A stretch of 64,000 bases of DNA from Carcharhinus amblyrhynchos (taxonomy: Eukaryota). Position 1 is the first letter of the stretch. Every line of letters starts with the position of its first letter. The stretch lies in the NCBI GenBank assembly GCA_965287045.1, contig OZ336887.1, positions 44,888,001 through 44,952,000 of the forward strand. Reading direction: 5' to 3'. The position numbers and the translations under genes were made by a program. The notes below the pieces were generated by a model. That model had not been told where the DNA came from, did not search any database, and saw only the letters and a program-made list of their open reading frames with translations. Shown here one piece after another: positions 60,711 to 64,000 of the stretch.

Positions 60711-60932
60711 CTGTCATAACTCACCATTTCTCCACAGAGAGTCTTCCACAGACACAAGCGTTAATCTGCACCAATCCAGCTAACTGGAATATTGAAGATT
60801 GCATGCACCACTTGCTGGTAGTTCTAAGAACAGCCGAGCTAAAACAAAATAGTTAAGAGAACAGAAGAGGACGGTGGGTGGTTTATGTCTGTGTGGAAGA
60901 TTCTCCTTTAGAGAAGTGGGAGTTATTACTGC
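60711..60932. repeat. Imperfect ~50-bp inverted repeat (arms 60711-60759 and 60881-60932)
   Basis: ctgtcataactcaccatttctccacagagagtcttccacagacacaagc vs reverse complement gcagtaataactcccacttctctaaaggagaatcttccacacagacataaac. Confidence 0.85.
60725..60838 (-). other. USP7: Candidate stop-containing (poison) cassette exon in USP7 intron 2
   Basis: Pyrimidine tract + CTTAAC branch-like motif + ttttgttttag| acceptor; ATG|gtgagt donor; 114 nt, phase 1/1 like intron 2; in-frame TAG at 60780-60782. Confidence 0.5.
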
Positions 60933-62199
60933 AATGCTTTTTTTTAAAATCAGATCTTTCACAGACAGACATTTTCATAATGGTACCACTTAGAGCGCTA
61001 ACGATAGATACGCATGTCAACATTATCTTCCTCAAAGAGACCCAATGGCAAAGTAAAAATGCACAAGAAAAAAATTATAGCAATTTGCAAACATTTATTT
61101 CTAATATTTACTTACCAGCCACAGTTTGTGTAAACAAAGTGCATGCTGCCAAAGCTCTTATTTTGCCCAATATCTTTGTTTTTTTTAATTGACAAATCAC
61201 AAATTGCTTCAAAATATTTTCTCACGTAGTCTCAAAATACCAATCAAACCAACTGGAGTAAAATAATTTTTTTTAATCACACTTTCAATAACCTATTTAA
61301 AGCACTCAGTTGCCATCCCTCTTCTGTACATTCTGGCCTCATGAAAAGTGGGGTATGGGAGACGAAAATGTTACTGCAGAGTCCAATTTCTTGGCGACAT
61401 CCCTACGCGACCCCACAATATACTGAAATGCGCGGTCTTCATCAAGTCACTGGCTAAGACCAGAAGGGACTCAACAGCTTCTTCCTGCCACTACAGAGTT
61501 ATTTGGATCAATGAAAACTCATGCTCAAAGCGCAGAGTTTATCTCATACAACAGAATGTCTAGACCCAGGAGATATCATGGTAATTGACTTCCATCAACT
61601 GTAGAGCACAGATGCTACTCAACTTAGTTTTACTAACAAATGTTCTTCTCCCAGGTACTATAGCGCCTAACGTTGCCTTCCCATGTTTATGTTGTGCCTC
61701 TGCACCTTTGATGCTGGGCAAATCCAAGAGGTCCACACATCAGGATTTTGAACCACTTGAACATGCAAGGCTATGACAATTCAGCACCTGTCCTGTGGGT
61801 CAAGTCTGCCACAACTGACATTAAGGAGTGAAGGGAAATAGGAATAGTAGGGAACACAACCGTCAACATGTTTGATAGTTTTTAACTTTTTGTTCCTCAT
61901 GGCAGTGATACAAAAGAAATGGGTTTACTATCAAACAAACCTGTTGGACTCTAACCTAGCGTTGAGAGACTTCTTACTGTGTTTACCCCAGTCCAACACC
62001 AGCATCTCCACATTAGGATAACAAAGCCAGCCAATCTGACAGGGTACACTATTTCTTTTTAACACTTCCACCTTCATCTGGAACGAGAACACACTTGTTC
62101 TGTAATTCAGCTCAAAACCAGGCATCACTGTGGTTAATCGGCACCACTAATGATACCACAAAGTGTCATTAGCTTTTAAAGGAGATAGCTCTGGTGAAA

Positions 62200-62470
62200 C
62201 ATTCACATTATAAAAGGGTGGTGAGGAATCCCTTCTCTCAGAGGGCTGTTTGTCTTTGGAATTCTCTTCCACAGAGCTATGGAGGCTGGGTCATTGAACA
62301 TATTCTAAGTGGAGATAGAGTTATCAGCTAAGGAGTCAGGGGTTACATAGGTGGGCAGTCAGGAAATGGATTTGAGGTCACAATCAGATCAGCTATAACC
62401 TTACTGAATGACAGAGAAGGCTCGGCAGACTGAACGACCTACCCTGCTCCTATTTATGATCTTATGACTT
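62200..62470 (+). mobile_element. CR1 LINE 3' fragment
   Basis: ttctctcagagggctgtt..tggaattctcttccacag (FSQRAV..WNSLPQ) and CR1 3'UTR. Confidence 0.8.
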
Positions 62471-62629
62471 ACGGGAAGCTAACGCAACCAGATGTCACAC
62501 GGAATCCTGTAAACCAGGAAGTATTACAGAGATCTTAGAAATTTTCAGAGACGAACCCTTGGTCCAATATTTTGCTTTCACATTTGAGAAAAGGAAATTA
62601 CACAATTATTCTAATATACTCATCCACTA

Positions 62630-62920
62630 AGAATTCAACAGCACCTTCCAAATCTGTGACCTCCCCACCCCACCCAGAAGGGCAAGAACAGCAGAGATAT
62701 GGGCAATTTCTCCTCCAAATCTCACACTACCTTGACTTGAAACTGTAACACTGTTCCTTCACTGTCACTGGGTCAAAATCCTGAAATAACCTTTCTAATA
62801 GCACTGCGATAGTACCTGCACACATGCACTGCAGCAGTTCAAGCAACTCATCACCTTCTCAAGGGCAATTACAGATTGGCAATAACTCAATCCATGAGCA
62901 AAGAAAGAACGAAGCATTCT
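62630..62920 (+). mobile_element. CR1/L2-group LINE 3' fragment
   Basis: cagcaccttccaaa..ctgggtcaaaatcctg..caccttctcaagggcaatta. Confidence 0.75.
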
Positions 62921-62999
62921 ATGCTCCATGAGCAACAACACCTGAAGACACAATAAAATGCAAACAGAATACAATGGCCAAATATTAACATACTGGGGG

Positions 63000-63043
63000 T
63001 TGCCACTGACCAGAAACCCAGTCAGATTTCTGGTCAGTGGCAA
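63000..63043. repeat. Perfect 17-bp inverted repeat with 10-nt loop
   Basis: ttgccactgaccagaaa-cccagtcaga-tttctggtcagtggcaa. Confidence 0.9.
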
Positions 63044-63944
63044 ATGCAGTATCACCAGGACAGATGCAATATTATTAGGGCAGGTTAAACATCGGGTGGT
63101 TCAATGGCAATCACCTCCACATCCTGACTCCCCCAAAACCTCTCCATAACCTGAAAATCAAACATCAGAAATCCAACTGAATTCTGGTCACATGCTTGGG
63201 TGGGTTCAGTTACAAAAACTGTTGAGTCAATTTTACAGCACAAAAAGTCATTTGGTCCTGCGCCAGCCATCAAGCATGTATCTATCTATACTAATCCTTT
63301 CACTCCCTCCACACGTGCAAGCTATCCACAGGATCGACTGCAGCAACTTGCCAAAGCTTTTTTAGTCCCAAACCTCTGATCTCCACCAAGAAGGTAGCCA
63401 AGGACAGTGGGTGATCAGAACACCAAAACATTCAAGACACATGCCATCACTCCACCACTGATTGGTCAACTCCTGCTGACCACCACTTTGGAAACACCAT
63501 CACCTGAACAGCAACAGACAAAGGCAGTTCACTACTACATTCATAAGTGTCACTAGAGATGGGTAATAAATGTGAGCAACACCAGGAATTGAAGTATCAA
63601 ACCACAGCTACCACATCCGGCTTGTTGATTAACATCAAAAGACATACAACTTCCCAGATGTTGGTCAAAGACATCAATGACATTGCTGGTTAATTGGAGG
63701 CAGCACTGGGCAATTATCCAGATGATAAAACAGAAATTCAGCGTTTTATCCTTGATCATCAGCACCAAACACAATTTGGCCACTGCACCTCTTCACTAAT
63801 TCACTTCCTGTCTGGTTGCAGTTAGCAAAACTGGAACTCTGGGTTTCTCTTTACCAGAGGAACCAAGCTTTAGAATGCAATAAATGACTATTCCACTGAG
63901 TGCTTTCACAGATGTGTGTTTCTTTTTGTGTTTCTCTTTTGTTG

Positions 63945-64000
63945 GGGAGCACAGCAGCAGAGTGGTTAAGCACTGCTGCCTCACGACGCCAAGGACCTAG
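63945..64000 (+). mobile_element. V-SINE head (truncated by window edge)
   Basis: cagagtggttaagcactgctgcctcacgacgccaaggacc. Confidence 0.75.

Noticed and set aside
61116-61252. Second possible cryptic exon in intron 2 (ccag| ... ctg|gtaagt, 137 nt)
   Set aside because: Strong donor but weak pyrimidine tract and AT-rich, intron-like body; such pairs arise by chance. Worth a look only if RNA-seq is examined for the 60725-60838 exon.

Overview
Eukaryotic, AT-rich vertebrate DNA, very likely from a cartilaginous fish (shark/ray), judged from V-SINE/HE1-type SINEs and CR1, L2, Rex1/Babar, Tx1, RTE and Penelope relics. The window is dominated by one minus-strand gene, USP7 (HAUSP deubiquitinase). 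I reconstructed 29 coding exons (equivalent to human exons 3-31) from 56783 down to the TGA at 8596. All introns are GT-AG and the 3125-nt spliced CDS stays in frame, encoding the TRAF/MATH domain, the catalytic domain (Cys/His/Asp triad intact), the five UBL domains and the C-terminal activating tail. Exons 1-2 were not found and presumably lie beyond 64000. A ~1.4-kb repeat-free 3'UTR ends near 7220. Most listed ORFs are spurious or transposon fragments. The most interesting signal is a candidate 114-nt stop-containing ('poison') cassette exon in USP7 intron 2 (60725-60838), whose 5' splice site sits inside one arm of a ~50-bp inverted repeat that loops out the 3' splice site. Also notable are Penelope-derived inverted-repeat elements carrying minimal hammerhead-ribozyme motifs, several in the sense of the USP7 pre-mRNA. 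TE boundaries are approximate and family names come from motif recognition, not database searches.
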